Below are positions 10,152-19,160 of a DNA stretch of 64,000 nt, one piece after another (position 1 is the stretch's first letter; each line of letters starts with the position of its first letter). Source of the DNA: a virus (Duplodnaviria; Caudoviricetes). The DNA is taken from positions 64,001-128,000 of IMG/VR virus record IMGVR_UViG_2788499951_000002; one strand, written 5' to 3'. Made by a program: the position numbers and the translations under genes. Under the pieces are notes generated by a model that saw only the letters and a list, made by a program, of their open reading frames with translations, did not search any database and had not been told where the DNA came from.

Positions 10152-10697
10152 ATGAAACTGCCAGCCAAGTATAGGAGGCGTCGTTCGAGTGCCAGACTGT
10201 GTACCTACGACTTTCTGAATGAGACCAATCGAGACCATCTCGAACACATCATGAGTGCGGTCGAGACGCATCTTGAATCAGTCATGATCGATGTGTTCTC
10301 TGACCCTCAAAACACGGACGGGGTAGCATTTGAAACCCTAAGAGGGGCATATGGAACAACCGAGGTCGCCATCGGGCTTACTGCCTTTGGGGTGTCATTG
10401 ACGCCGACGAATAATATCCCCGAGCCGCACTGGGGTATTATCCCTTGGGTCAAATTGATGCCATATATCAATCGAGACATCGAAGAGATGGTAATGTCCA
10501 TCTCCCTGAACCTCGAAGAGGCCGTCAAGCGACCGACGCCCGTACGCATAGATGGCATCAGCGAAAGAGAAAAAATGTCGATTCATCTGGGATTCGCACC
10601 TCATAGACTGCATAGCCCCTCAGTCCCCTACTGTGCCAGAATCGTCATCCCGATAAATTCAATGTTCGAAGAAGCCAACGCGCTAGGAGATCTCTGA
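10152..10697 (+). CDS. hypothetical, C-terminal motif family (ALGDL*)
   Basis: GGAGG RBS; MKLPAKY..TYD paralogous to the next ORF. Confidence 0.75.
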   Translation: MKLPAKYRRRRSSARLCTYDFLNETNRDHLEHIMSAVETHLESVMIDVFSDPQNTDGVAFETLRGAYGTTEVAIGLTAFGVSLTPTNNIPEPHWGIIPWVKLMPYINRDIEEMVMSISLNLEEAVKRPTPVRIDGISEREKMSIHLGFAPHRLHSPSVPYCARIVIPINSMFEEANALGDL

Positions 10698-11305
10698 TGG
10701 AACTACCAGAGAAGTACAAGAAGTCTCGCCAGAAGATGACGTTTGTGACATATGACCTGATCCCTGATGAGGCACGGGAGATCCTCCATGGTCTCGTGAA
10801 TCGCATCGAGGAAAAGATTTACGAGACTCTCGATCATATCTCTTGGACGACAGAGCACGATCTGAGATCAATCTGGCCGGTTGATGCACCGTTCTTCGTA
10901 CTGAAATCCATGGCGAAACATGAGATTGAACAGACAGTGATGATCTCGGTGTTGGGTGTTCACATCGATAGTGTGTCCCGCTCCCCGAACCGTTCCGATC
11001 CGCTTCCGGTCATCCCGTGGGCATGGCTGGGATATGACGATATTTCCGAGATCCGCCGGATGTGTGTCACAGTTGACAGGGCAATCTCAGAGATGTACGC
11101 TTCGACTGGTGGATGGGCAGACAAGGATGAGAATGACAACACTGTCGCGTATAAGCTGGGGTTCTCCCCCATCAAGGGAGAAGGCGACATATCTCCCACC
11201 CGTGCAGCGTCAGTGAGACATCAGCGCCCGAACAACGTGACATTCCCCGTCGTATTCCGATTCAACTCATTCATGTCAGACCTTTCTGCAATGTGCTCAC
11301 TATAA
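10697..11305 (+). CDS. hypothetical, C-terminal motif family (AMCSL*)
   Basis: MELPEKY..TYD, IPW, LGF.P shared with the previous ORF. Confidence 0.75.
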   Translation: MELPEKYKKSRQKMTFVTYDLIPDEAREILHGLVNRIEEKIYETLDHISWTTEHDLRSIWPVDAPFFVLKSMAKHEIEQTVMISVLGVHIDSVSRSPNRSDPLPVIPWAWLGYDDISEIRRMCVTVDRAISEMYASTGGWADKDENDNTVAYKLGFSPIKGEGDISPTRAASVRHQRPNNVTFPVVFRFNSFMSDLSAMCSL

Positions 11306-11316
11306 AGGAGATCTAA

Positions 11317-11625
11317 ATGTCAGACCTTATCAATGCCCGAAAGATTCGCCCCCTTCATGCCGAGTTCCTGTGTGTTCGGACTCGAAAGCCGAAGGAATCA
11401 AACTCTTTGATCTACACTCCGGATGAAGACATGGACGACGCAGCGGGGACCACCTTCACTGTTCTTCGTGTCGGTCCAGAGTGCAGAGAACTGAAAGAAG
11501 GCGACACCGTCGTTATCAAGTTCCAGAGCATGACCCCGCCATTCTTGGCATCAGTCGATGGTGAGGAGAAGATGGTAGCTATCGGGCCGGAGAGTTCAGT
11601 TCTGGCCGTCCTGACAGGAGAATGA
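11317..11625 (+). CDS. groES: GroES/gp31-like co-chaperonin
   Basis: IRPLH..., VLRVGP..LKEGDTV, ESSVLAVL. Confidence 0.8.
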   Translation: MSDLINARKIRPLHAEFLCVRTRKPKESNSLIYTPDEDMDDAAGTTFTVLRVGPECRELKEGDTVVIKFQSMTPPFLASVDGEEKMVAIGPESSVLAVLTGE

Positions 11626-11963
11626 ACATGAAAGACGACTCACATCTGTTCCCTGCTAGTAAAGAAGAATCACCGATGTACCACACCCTGTTCGGGATAG
11701 TGACTTCCACACCGGACCCGTCCATGCAGTCCAAGCCGTTCGTTATGGCCATCAAGGAAGGATCATTCGACACCGTCACAGGAGAGGAGGGTGAAGTTGT
11801 CGAGTACTATGACATGATGGAACCTGACACAGACAAGCTGAAGGGGTGCCTGATCACCATCTATCAGGCGCGATACGGGAACATGTGTGGGACTTTTTCT
11901 GTCGAACCCCATGGACTTGTCCGTGTTGCTGATGATATGATCGATGCATACAACGAACTGTGA
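11622..11963 (+). CDS. hypothetical protein (ends AYNEL*)
   Basis: 113 aa ORF, coupled to groES. Confidence 0.65.
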   Translation: MNMKDDSHLFPASKEESPMYHTLFGIVTSTPDPSMQSKPFVMAIKEGSFDTVTGEEGEVVEYYDMMEPDTDKLKGCLITIYQARYGNMCGTFSVEPHGLVRVADDMIDAYNEL

Positions 11964-11971
11964 GGTGTAAC

Positions 11972-12541
11972 ATGAAATATCAGAACAAACGTATCATCAC
12001 TGACGTCGATGGTGTCCTCCTCGCATACGAGAAGACATTCAGTGAACACATGGGGTGGGACTTTGATGAGAAGTCTGACTCTTATCGGTCATTCGAGTGT
12101 ATGAACAATGATCCGGCATTCTGTGTCGGATCTGCCATCCGTGACTTCAACTCGTCTCCGGAATTCTCCCGTATCCCTCCTCTGGATGGGGCGATTGAGA
12201 TGATCGAGGCTGCGTTATCCTCGGGGTACAAGATCGACGTCATTACCAGTTGCGGTGGGACAGAAGAGATCCATGCGGCTCGGATCAAGAACCTGAAGGA
12301 CGTGTTCGGTGACGTCTTCACCTCGATCACCTGTCTCCCCCTTGGGGCGAGTAAGCGGTCTTCACTCGAGCGGTACAAGAACCAAGGACACATCTGGCTG
12401 GATGACTCGATCAGCCACTATCGAGATGGGCTGACTGCTGGTCTGGGTTCTCGTCTGGTGACTACCCCGTTCAATCGCGGGCTGAAAGACAAGGTTCGTC
12501 GAATCGAGTCATGCGCAGATCTGATCCCGCATCTCGAGTGA
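11972..12541 (+). CDS. HAD-family 5'(3')-deoxyribonucleotidase-like phosphatase
   Basis: ITDVDGVL, ITS, K, WLDD, PFN. Confidence 0.8.
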   Translation: MKYQNKRIITDVDGVLLAYEKTFSEHMGWDFDEKSDSYRSFECMNNDPAFCVGSAIRDFNSSPEFSRIPPLDGAIEMIEAALSSGYKIDVITSCGGTEEIHAARIKNLKDVFGDVFTSITCLPLGASKRSSLERYKNQGHIWLDDSISHYRDGLTAGLGSRLVTTPFNRGLKDKVRRIESCADLIPHLE

Positions 12542-12667
12542 ATTGGTTGCATAACACGCAACACTGATATTCCAAAACGGTATCAAAAAATTTTGGACTT
12601 CTTGAATCCTTGACATAAATAGAAGTCCAAAACGGGGGAGGCCGAATCATTCCTCCCCACCATATAC

Positions 12668-12743
12668 GGCCCTGAGACCAACTGGGATTGGTACCTGTCT
12701 GTCGAACAGGACGCTGCGAGATCGAAACTCGTCTGGGCCGCCA
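12668..12743 (+). tRNA. tRNA-Asp(GTC)
   Basis: Anticodon arm CCTGT-CTGTCGA-ACAGG; encoded CCA; atypical T-loop ATCGAAA. Confidence 0.8.
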
Positions 12744-12745
12744 AT

Positions 12746-12832
12746 GGAGAATTGGCTGAGTGGCCGAAAGCGCTGGTCTTGAAAACCAGAGGACGTGAAA
12801 GCGTCCCGTGGGTTCGAATCCCACATTCTCCT
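12746..12832 (+). tRNA. tRNA-Ser(TGA)
   Basis: CTGGT-CTTGAAA-ACCAG, long variable arm, GGTTCGAATCC; no encoded CCA. Confidence 0.9.
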
Positions 12833-12836
12833 CAGG

Positions 12837-12926
12837 GGAAGATTGCCAGAGCGGTCGAATGGGATCGGTTGCTAACCGATTAGAGGTTAGTCCCTCTCAA
12901 GAGTTCGAATCTCTTATCTTCCCCCA
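12837..12926 (+). tRNA. tRNA-Ser(GCT)
   Basis: ATCGG-TTGCTAA-CCGAT, long variable arm, GTTCGAATC, CCA. Confidence 0.9.
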
Positions 12927-12933
12927 ACTTCAT

Positions 12934-13008
12934 TCCGAGGTAGCTCAATGGTAGAGCAGACGGCTGTTACCCGTCAGGTTGTAGGATCGTGCCCTACCCT
13001 CGGAGCCA
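12934..13008 (+). tRNA. tRNA-Asn(GTT)
   Basis: GACGG-CTGTTAC-CCGTC; TAGCTCAATGGTAGAGC D-arm; CCA. Confidence 0.88.
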
Positions 13009-13094
13009 AACAAAAAGGTGTTGACTTCTGGAACCGGATAGTCGATACTGCAGTTGTTCCACATCAAACATTCTCCCGAACGCAGAGGTTCAAC

Positions 13095-13616
13095 ATGAAC
13101 TATCTTCAGAATCACATCTACTGCCATGATTCGAACTGGGGTGGTGGTTATGACTGCCGACATGTTGTCACAATCAGCTCTTACGAAGATCATGACGTTG
13201 AAGACTGGGAGAATCTCTTCCTGACTGAAACGGTTGATGTGTTCCGAGCTGAAGAGTACAACCGGATGCGTGAGTTCGATCAGGATACTCCTGAGGAGCG
13301 GTTGAAGCGATACTACACCACTCCCGTCCGTCGCCTCAACCCCGAGGTGCTTGAGTGGCTGGAGGAGAATGTGAAAGACCGTCCAGCTCGTCAGGCTGAA
13401 CACTCCGGTGAAAGTCCGAAAGGATGGTGCATTCCCTCTCTTGAAACCAGAGCGATGTGCACAACCGGTATGAGCTTCTACTTCCATACTCGTGGCAGTG
13501 CGATGAACTTCATCCGCCGCTTCAGTAAGTGGAAGAAGCCGGTACACTACTGCCAGTACTTCACAGATGTGCGCAAGACGTTGGATCTGGAGACAGGCAA
13601 GTACGTGAAAGAATGA
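13095..13616 (+). CDS. hypothetical protein inserted in the tRNA cluster
   Basis: GAGG RBS, MNYLQNHIY...; own promoter TTGACT-17-GATACT at ~13021. Confidence 0.75.
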   Translation: MNYLQNHIYCHDSNWGGGYDCRHVVTISSYEDHDVEDWENLFLTETVDVFRAEEYNRMREFDQDTPEERLKRYYTTPVRRLNPEVLEWLEENVKDRPARQAEHSGESPKGWCIPSLETRAMCTTGMSFYFHTRGSAMNFIRRFSKWKKPVHYCQYFTDVRKTLDLETGKYVKE

Positions 13617-13623
13617 TAGAAAT

Positions 13624-13698
13624 GCCTCGTTAGTTCAATGGTAGAATACTGCGCTTCCAACGCAGTGATAGGGATTCGAATTCTCCTACGAGGCTCCA
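13624..13698 (+). tRNA. tRNA-Gly(TCC)
   Basis: CTGCG-CTTCCAA-CGCAG; TTCGAAT; CCA. Confidence 0.85.
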
Positions 13699-13703
13699 AA
13701 CTT

Positions 13704-13779
13704 GGAACTTTAGCTCAGACGGTAGAGCGGTGGTTTGAAAATCCACAGGTCGCTGATTCGATTTCAGCAGGTTCCACCA
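13704..13779 (+). tRNA. tRNA-Phe(GAA)
   Basis: Anticodon loop TTGAAAA; TTCGATT T-loop; CCA. Confidence 0.85.
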
Positions 13780-13782
13780 AAT

Positions 13783-13859
13783 AGCGGGGTAGCTCAGCGG
13801 TCAGAGCAGATGGCTCATAACCATCAGGTCGAGTGTTCGAATCACTCCCTCCGCTACCA
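13783..13859 (+). tRNA. tRNA-Met/Ile2(CAT)
   Basis: GATGG-CTCATAA-CCATC; GTTCGAATC; CCA. Confidence 0.88.
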
Positions 13860-13861
13860 TA

Positions 13862-14345
13862 CCGATGTCCACATGGGGCAATAAGAGCCGAAGTGTCGAC
13901 ATTGAAGTACGTGCATTCATAGATGGGTTATGCACGCTAAACAAACAACCCATCACGACGCCGCCCTAGAGCTTCCTCTCCCATACATTGTTGGTGATGA
14001 AACTAGGTAAGAAGATGTAGCCGTTTAGGCACTTGCCACCACCGATGTGCCAATTGCTGTGTGCATGTTGGTCTTTGTCGCTCGCTGAATCAAGTAGGTT
14101 GGTGAGGTGGCTTCTAAAGAGGCCGGAGGACGCTCCGGAAGTCGTGGACTGTCAGATCTGACGCCCTCCCCCGCACACTTACGGTGCGGCCATTGTTGGG
14201 TATTGACCGGCATATTCTGCGCAGTTGGAAGGGTATATCCGTCCCCAGATGTGAATCCGTTTGCATCAGAATCGGTATACTGGTCCACCCGTGGCCGAAT
14301 CAGTACACACGGGGAGTGACATGGTCATGAACATGTTGCGCAAAT
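13862..14345 (+). ncRNA. putative large structured ncRNA of unknown family
   Basis: No credible ORF; H-type pseudoknot, several hairpins and long-range helices; follows tRNAs and precedes a terminator. Confidence 0.6.
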
Positions 14346-14347
14346 CA

Positions 14348-14372
14348 GCCCTCGCATATGAGGGCTTTTTTG
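14348..14372 (+). terminator. intrinsic terminator
   Basis: AGCCCTC-GCATAT-GAGGGCT-TTTTT. Confidence 0.85.
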
Positions 14373-14382
14373 TGTCTGAATG

Positions 14383-14411
14383 TTGACCCCGTCCTTGGAT
14401 TGTCGTATAGT
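14383..14411 (+). promoter_or_regulatory. sigma70-like promoter
   Basis: TTGACC-17-TATAGT. Confidence 0.7.
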
Positions 14412-14434
14412 ACCCAGTAACAAAGGAGGCCACC

Positions 14435-14734
14435 ATGAGTGACATGATTACCGAAACCGTTTCATCCTGTGCATATCGGGAGTTCCAGAACCGCTATGAC
14501 GTCTTCGTCGAGAAGGGAGAGATCCAGCCACTGTTTCATGATCTCCCTGTTGACAAATACTCCCAGTCACTGTATGCTGGTGACCAGATCGAGGACATCC
14601 TTGATGCCATCTATCTTCAAGGTGTGACTGATCTTGGCAAACTGATGGCTGTATCTCGGGGCTTCATCAACCCCATGCTCATCATCAATGAACTGAACCA
14701 CTTCACCTCGTGGTCAAACGGAGAAACCCAATGA
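14435..14734 (+). CDS. hypothetical protein
   Basis: 99 aa, AAGGAGG RBS. Confidence 0.7.
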   Translation: MSDMITETVSSCAYREFQNRYDVFVEKGEIQPLFHDLPVDKYSQSLYAGDQIEDILDAIYLQGVTDLGKLMAVSRGFINPMLIINELNHFTSWSNGETQ

Positions 14735-15312
14735 TCGATTCAACTGCCATGCACTCCATCGTCACCGAGATTCTCTCTGTCTCTCGAGCCATCAATCAGA
14801 ACCGCAACATCGAGGGTGTCAATCTTGCGCTGATGTCCGAGGTTGGTGAACTGGCTGAGGAGATCCGCATCAAAGAATACCCCTTCCACAAGAAGGCAGG
14901 GAAGGATGGCATCATCGGGGAGGCGGCTGATGTTGTCATCGCGACCACTGACATGATCTACATCTCCGGACAGTCGGAACTCGTCGACAATGAGGCATAC
15001 TTCTTCTCGTATGACGCCGATGACGAGAAGTATTCAGGTTACGTTCTGGGGTGGACAGGAGAGGCGATATTCGGTGATGACGACATCACCACTGCGCAGA
15101 CTCTGGCAGACATGGCGACCGGCTCAGGGGCCATGTTCGCCATCCCCTTTGCACCTGATGAGAACAAGAAACTGGCACTCGTCGGTGACGCAGCCGCTGC
15201 GATCCTGAATGCTGTCATGATGCTCTCTCGCAAGGAAGGATTCGATTTTGATGAATTCGCTGAGATCATCACCGACAAGCTGGAAAAATGGAAGACCAAT
15301 TACTCAAACTGA
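14731..15312 (+). CDS. MazG-like NTP pyrophosphohydrolase
   Basis: LMSEVGELAEE...GEAADV...KLEKW. Confidence 0.75.
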   Translation: MIDSTAMHSIVTEILSVSRAINQNRNIEGVNLALMSEVGELAEEIRIKEYPFHKKAGKDGIIGEAADVVIATTDMIYISGQSELVDNEAYFFSYDADDEKYSGYVLGWTGEAIFGDDDITTAQTLADMATGSGAMFAIPFAPDENKKLALVGDAAAAILNAVMMLSRKEGFDFDEFAEIITDKLEKWKTNYSN

Positions 15313-15315
15313 GTG

Positions 15316-15344
15316 TTGACAGCAAGATCGACCTGATGTAACAT
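15316..15344 (+). promoter_or_regulatory. sigma70-like promoter
   Basis: TTGACA-17-TAACAT. Confidence 0.6.
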
Positions 15345-15395
15345 TCATCATGTTGAAGCAAGTACCAAACCAGACCAAACGAAAAGGAACACATC

Positions 15396-15812
15396 ATGTC
15401 CAAGACCAAACAAGGCCAGTCTCAGTCCGCACAGTATGCCACCTACAAGAACTCTGGTCGTTATGCGAAGAATCGCATTGCGAAGCTGGAGCGTCACCTC
15501 AAGAAGCATCCTGAGGATGGGGCGGCTGCCAAGGCTCTGGCGAATGCCAAGGGTTCCTCCCCGCGTCGCAAGACTCCGAACAACAAGGTCTGGAGTTCCA
15601 CCGCACGCCAGAAGGCCCAGCTGTACAAGATGGCTGGTTTGAACGGCAACATCGGTCTCGGTGGTAAGATGGAGGCAGACCACAAGGACAGTCTGATCGG
15701 CTATGGTCTCGAGATCGCCACCCATCGCGACACTTCCTACGGGAAGGAACAGAAAGCAGAGAAGGCGAAGAAGGCCAAGGCTGCAGCGAAAGGCTCCAAG
15801 AAGACCAAGTGA
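15396..15812 (+). CDS. basic hypothetical protein (possible nucleic-acid binding)
   Basis: K/A-rich 138 aa; YATYK..RYAKN..KLERHLKKHP. Confidence 0.75.
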   Translation: MSKTKQGQSQSAQYATYKNSGRYAKNRIAKLERHLKKHPEDGAAAKALANAKGSSPRRKTPNNKVWSSTARQKAQLYKMAGLNGNIGLGGKMEADHKDSLIGYGLEIATHRDTSYGKEQKAEKAKKAKAAAKGSKKTK

Positions 15813-15825
15813 GTCTATGACCTCG

Positions 15826-15850
15826 AAAGCCCCTCCCCGTGAGGGGCTTT
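15826..15850 (+). terminator. intrinsic terminator
   Basis: AAAGCCCCTC-CCCGT-GAGGGGCTTT. Confidence 0.7.
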
Positions 15851-15916
15851 CCTCGTTTCAGGGTAGACAAACCGAACTTAGTGTTGTATCATTCCCACAT
15901 CATCAAAGGAGACCCC

Positions 15917-16849
15917 ATGAAAAAGCTAAAGTCACTGCTCGTTGAGAAGTATCGTCCCACCACCATGGAAGAATATGTCTTTCCCGATGAGGAGACACAG
16001 CAACTGGCTCAGGGCTGGGTCGATAGCGGACAGATCCCCAACCTGATGCTCTCCGGCTCTGCAGGCGTCGGCAAGACGACATTGGTCCGTGTTCTCATCA
16101 ATGAACTTGGCATCCAGCCTTCCGATGTGAAGCAATTCAACGCGTCCGAGAAGGGTATCGACTATGTCCGTGATGTGATCCAACCGTGGACAATGAAGAC
16201 CTCATTCTCTGGGTTCAAGGTCGTGGTGATGGAAGAGGCAGATGCCCTGTCACCTCAGGCCCAGAAGGCACTCCGCGCGATCACCGAGGAGAACACAGAT
16301 TCGGTCCGTTGGGTGATCACCTGTAACTATCCGAAGAACGTCATTCCACCATTGCACTCGCGTTTCCAGCATATCCACATCGACAGTATGAACGAGCCAG
16401 ATGTGATCGATATGGTAGCGGGTATCATGGAGAAGGAAGGACTTGACGTGGAGCAGAATGACCACTTCTTCACACACATCGACGCATACAAGCCGGACAT
16501 CCGCAAGATCCTCAATTCAATCGATCAACACGCTCATGAAGGGTTTGTTGCCCCTCTCCGTGGTGTTAGTGAGTCATCCGACATCGACGAGTGGGAAACC
16601 CTCTGGTCCAGTGAGGGTGAACTGGATCTCGACAAGGCGATGGCCATTGCTGATTATGCCGACGGGAACAACTTCGACAATCTGTATCGCGTGATGTATG
16701 AGAACCATCACAAGTTCAGTGATGTTGGATCTGCGATGGTTCACCTGAGCACCTATCTGGATCGTGCTCAGACATCAGCAAACCAGCCCCTGCATCTCAA
16801 GGCGTTCCTCTATCACGTGTTCGTCGTTGAAGGGGGTGATGATGAGTGA
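15917..16849 (+). CDS. clamp loader large subunit (gp44/RFC-like)
   Basis: VEKYRP, GSAGVGKTT, NAS, EEAD, TCNY, PLHSRF. Confidence 0.92.
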   Translation: MKKLKSLLVEKYRPTTMEEYVFPDEETQQLAQGWVDSGQIPNLMLSGSAGVGKTTLVRVLINELGIQPSDVKQFNASEKGIDYVRDVIQPWTMKTSFSGFKVVVMEEADALSPQAQKALRAITEENTDSVRWVITCNYPKNVIPPLHSRFQHIHIDSMNEPDVIDMVAGIMEKEGLDVEQNDHFFTHIDAYKPDIRKILNSIDQHAHEGFVAPLRGVSESSDIDEWETLWSSEGELDLDKAMAIADYADGNNFDNLYRVMYENHHKFSDVGSAMVHLSTYLDRAQTSANQPLHLKAFLYHVFVVEGGDDE

Positions 16850-17261
16850 TCTTCATCGATTCTTTGATGCGATGAATGCAGGAGATTACGGGTATGTGGA
16901 TCGTATGGGGGACGATGAGGTCAAGAAGGTGTCCCCCTTCGTGATGCTGATGTGGATGCAGGGAGCCAAGACATGCACAGCCTACCACACCATCATGACG
17001 GACATGTTCTGCAACGGGGTAGTGTTCAGCCTCAACAAGCACCCCAGACTGCTCCTGAAGCTCTTTGTGGCGGCGAACTCGGACATGGGGGACACGCGGT
17101 ATGGGTTCGTCAAGCCACCCAAGAAGGAAGCCGAGAAGCACCTGAAGTTGATCGCTCATCACTATCAGGTCTCATTGAGAGAGGCGAAGGATTACGATAT
17201 GATCCTGACTGATGAAGACCGCAAGTACCTAGAATCCATGTACGGGGATATCGACATATGA
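16842..17261 (+). CDS. probable clamp loader small subunit (gp62-like)
   Basis: Follows gp44; SPFVMLMWM, HP.L, YQVSLREAKDY. Confidence 0.6.
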   Translation: MSDLHRFFDAMNAGDYGYVDRMGDDEVKKVSPFVMLMWMQGAKTCTAYHTIMTDMFCNGVVFSLNKHPRLLLKLFVAANSDMGDTRYGFVKPPKKEAEKHLKLIAHHYQVSLREAKDYDMILTDEDRKYLESMYGDIDI

Positions 17262-17947
17262 AGAATCTGAACGAGTTCAAGGAAATCAGTGAGATCTTCG
17301 AGGGTAAGGAACTCATCCATCACAGCGACACCGATTTCGAGTGCCCAGTGTGTGGCAAGCACTACAAGACTGAGAAGGGAGCCATCAAGCACCTAAGTTC
17401 TCGGTCTTGTGCGAAGAAACAGGATATCTTTGGTGGGTCCATGTATGAGAGCAACGCATTCATCATGTACACCAACATCGTCCATGACATGAAGCCGAAC
17501 GCCCGAGTCACGATCAAGACCTTCAGAAAGTCACCGATGTACGGACTTGTCATCGACTTCGTCCTCTCGACATCTCTGTTCGAGATCAAGGATCGCGGGC
17601 TATACTTCTCATACCTGCGGGACATTCGTGATCTGCATCCAAACAGCGCATTGAAGGCTGGCACCGAGGAAACAAACGCACGGGAGTTCCGGACGTTCCT
17701 GCAGGTCTACCCGAAGTATGTTGACAGTGCCAAGTTCTTCGGCCAGTATGGTGATGACCTGATCGAAGACGATGAGTTCTTGGTACGGTCTATCGAGAAG
17801 TCAGACATCACCCTGCGCTGGCTCATGGACTGCAGGAAGCACAACTTCGAGAAGATGCTGGATGAACTCCCGATTGGCCTGTCGATGCGAATTGACGCGG
17901 TCGTAACAGCAATGTCAGAGATGGAGAAAGCACATGCGAACCTCTGA
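17258..17947 (+). CDS. hypothetical protein with C2H2/C2HC zinc finger
   Basis: FECPVCGKHYKTEKGAIKHLSSRSC. Confidence 0.7.
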   Translation: MKNLNEFKEISEIFEGKELIHHSDTDFECPVCGKHYKTEKGAIKHLSSRSCAKKQDIFGGSMYESNAFIMYTNIVHDMKPNARVTIKTFRKSPMYGLVIDFVLSTSLFEIKDRGLYFSYLRDIRDLHPNSALKAGTEETNAREFRTFLQVYPKYVDSAKFFGQYGDDLIEDDEFLVRSIEKSDITLRWLMDCRKHNFEKMLDELPIGLSMRIDAVVTAMSEMEKAHANL

Positions 17948-19160
17948 ATCCCGTCTGGTGACACATCGCCAGCATCCGACTCTCCCGATTGAGATTCGGT
18001 CATACAACAAGCGAGCCTTCTTTCGCAAGGCTTGGAACGAAGAGACCATCAACTCACGTGGTCACGTGGTCACGCTCGATGGGACTCCTGTGTCCCGCCC
18101 GTTCACCAAGTTCCTGAATATCGGTGAGACGGACGAGTTCTCTCGGGAGAATGTTGAGCGTATGATCGAACTCCATCGAGATGAAGTCCTCTTCAATCCA
18201 AAGTTGAATGGGCACTTCGCTCAGCTCTTCGAATACGAGGGGCAGTGGATCAATACGACCAAGGGATCGTTCGAGCACGACTTCATCGAGCCAGACCGAG
18301 CACTCATTGAGCGTGCTGGATTGACGGATGATGCACTCGCACGAATGAATCCAAACTGGACGTTCCTCTTCGAGATCCTCGGTAACCATGATCGCCACAT
18401 GTTGCACGATATCGATGTGGAGTCATATGCCCACGAGGGGGAATCTGAAACCGCTGTCATCATTGGGGTGTTTGATCGTCAGACATGGTCAGAAGTGCCT
18501 GAGCGTGAAGTCTTTGAGGTTTTGCGCAAGACAGCTGACGTCTTGGATCTCCCGATCCCGCCGATGGTGGAGGGATTCACATATGGTGAAGTTGCATCGG
18601 CTCTGTTGGATCTGAATGAGGATAGGGCCACACCCTCCCAGATTCTGGATGCCCTGTATGATTCAGTGAATTGTGAGGGCATGGTGATCCAGATCCCGTC
18701 ACTGTGTTGGAGGGTGAAGCTGAAGACTCACTGGTTCATCCGGAATCGTTACATGCGCCAGATGACCAACACTCGGGTAGCTCAGATCATCAAGAAGCAG
18801 CGTGAAGACGAGAAGATCTATGCTCGCATCCCCGAGGAATTGCATGATGAGATGGACGAGATCATGTATGGGGTGAAGAATCAACATCGTATCTTCCTCG
18901 AGGAATTTCACCACCTGTCGACCTGCCTGCATGATGAGGGGTTTGTCACCAAGGACGAAATGATCGATGAGTATCGCCGGACCAGTGATGTGGAATCATC
19001 AGACGTCTGGATCACCACCAGCCGTACAATCGACCTGATCATGTTCAAGGCATTCTTCACTGGACATGACGCACTGTTCGATGCTACAGTCGACATGTAC
19101 ATGGCGGCAACGCCGGAACATTCACTGGTTCGAAACCACATGAGAGAGGATTTGTTATGA
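17934..19160 (+). CDS. RNA ligase (Rnl1-like)
   Basis: SRG..SRPFTKFLN, KLNG (motif I), TKGSF, FE, EGMV, KLKT. Confidence 0.8.
   Translation: MRTSESRLVTHRQHPTLPIEIRSYNKRAFFRKAWNEETINSRGHVVTLDGTPVSRPFTKFLNIGETDEFSRENVERMIELHRDEVLFNPKLNGHFAQLFEYEGQWINTTKGSFEHDFIEPDRALIERAGLTDDALARMNPNWTFLFEILGNHDRHMLHDIDVESYAHEGESETAVIIGVFDRQTWSEVPEREVFEVLRKTADVLDLPIPPMVEGFTYGEVASALLDLNEDRATPSQILDALYDSVNCEGMVIQIPSLCWRVKLKTHWFIRNRYMRQMTNTRVAQIIKKQREDEKIYARIPEELHDEMDEIMYGVKNQHRIFLEEFHHLSTCLHDEGFVTKDEMIDEYRRTSDVESSDVWITTSRTIDLIMFKAFFTGHDALFDATVDMYMAATPEHSLVRNHMREDLL

Noticed and set aside
12948-13094. N-terminal extension of the 12948-13616 ORF, and ORFs 12471-12824, 14025-14288 and 14107-14319
   Set aside because: They overlap tRNA genes or the structured RNA; the real start is at 13095 with RBS and promoter.
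13874-14345. tmRNA or RNase P RNA
   Set aside because: No 3' T-arm/acceptor/CCA, no convincing tag frame after the pseudoknot, and no RNase P GAGGAAAGTCC-type signature.
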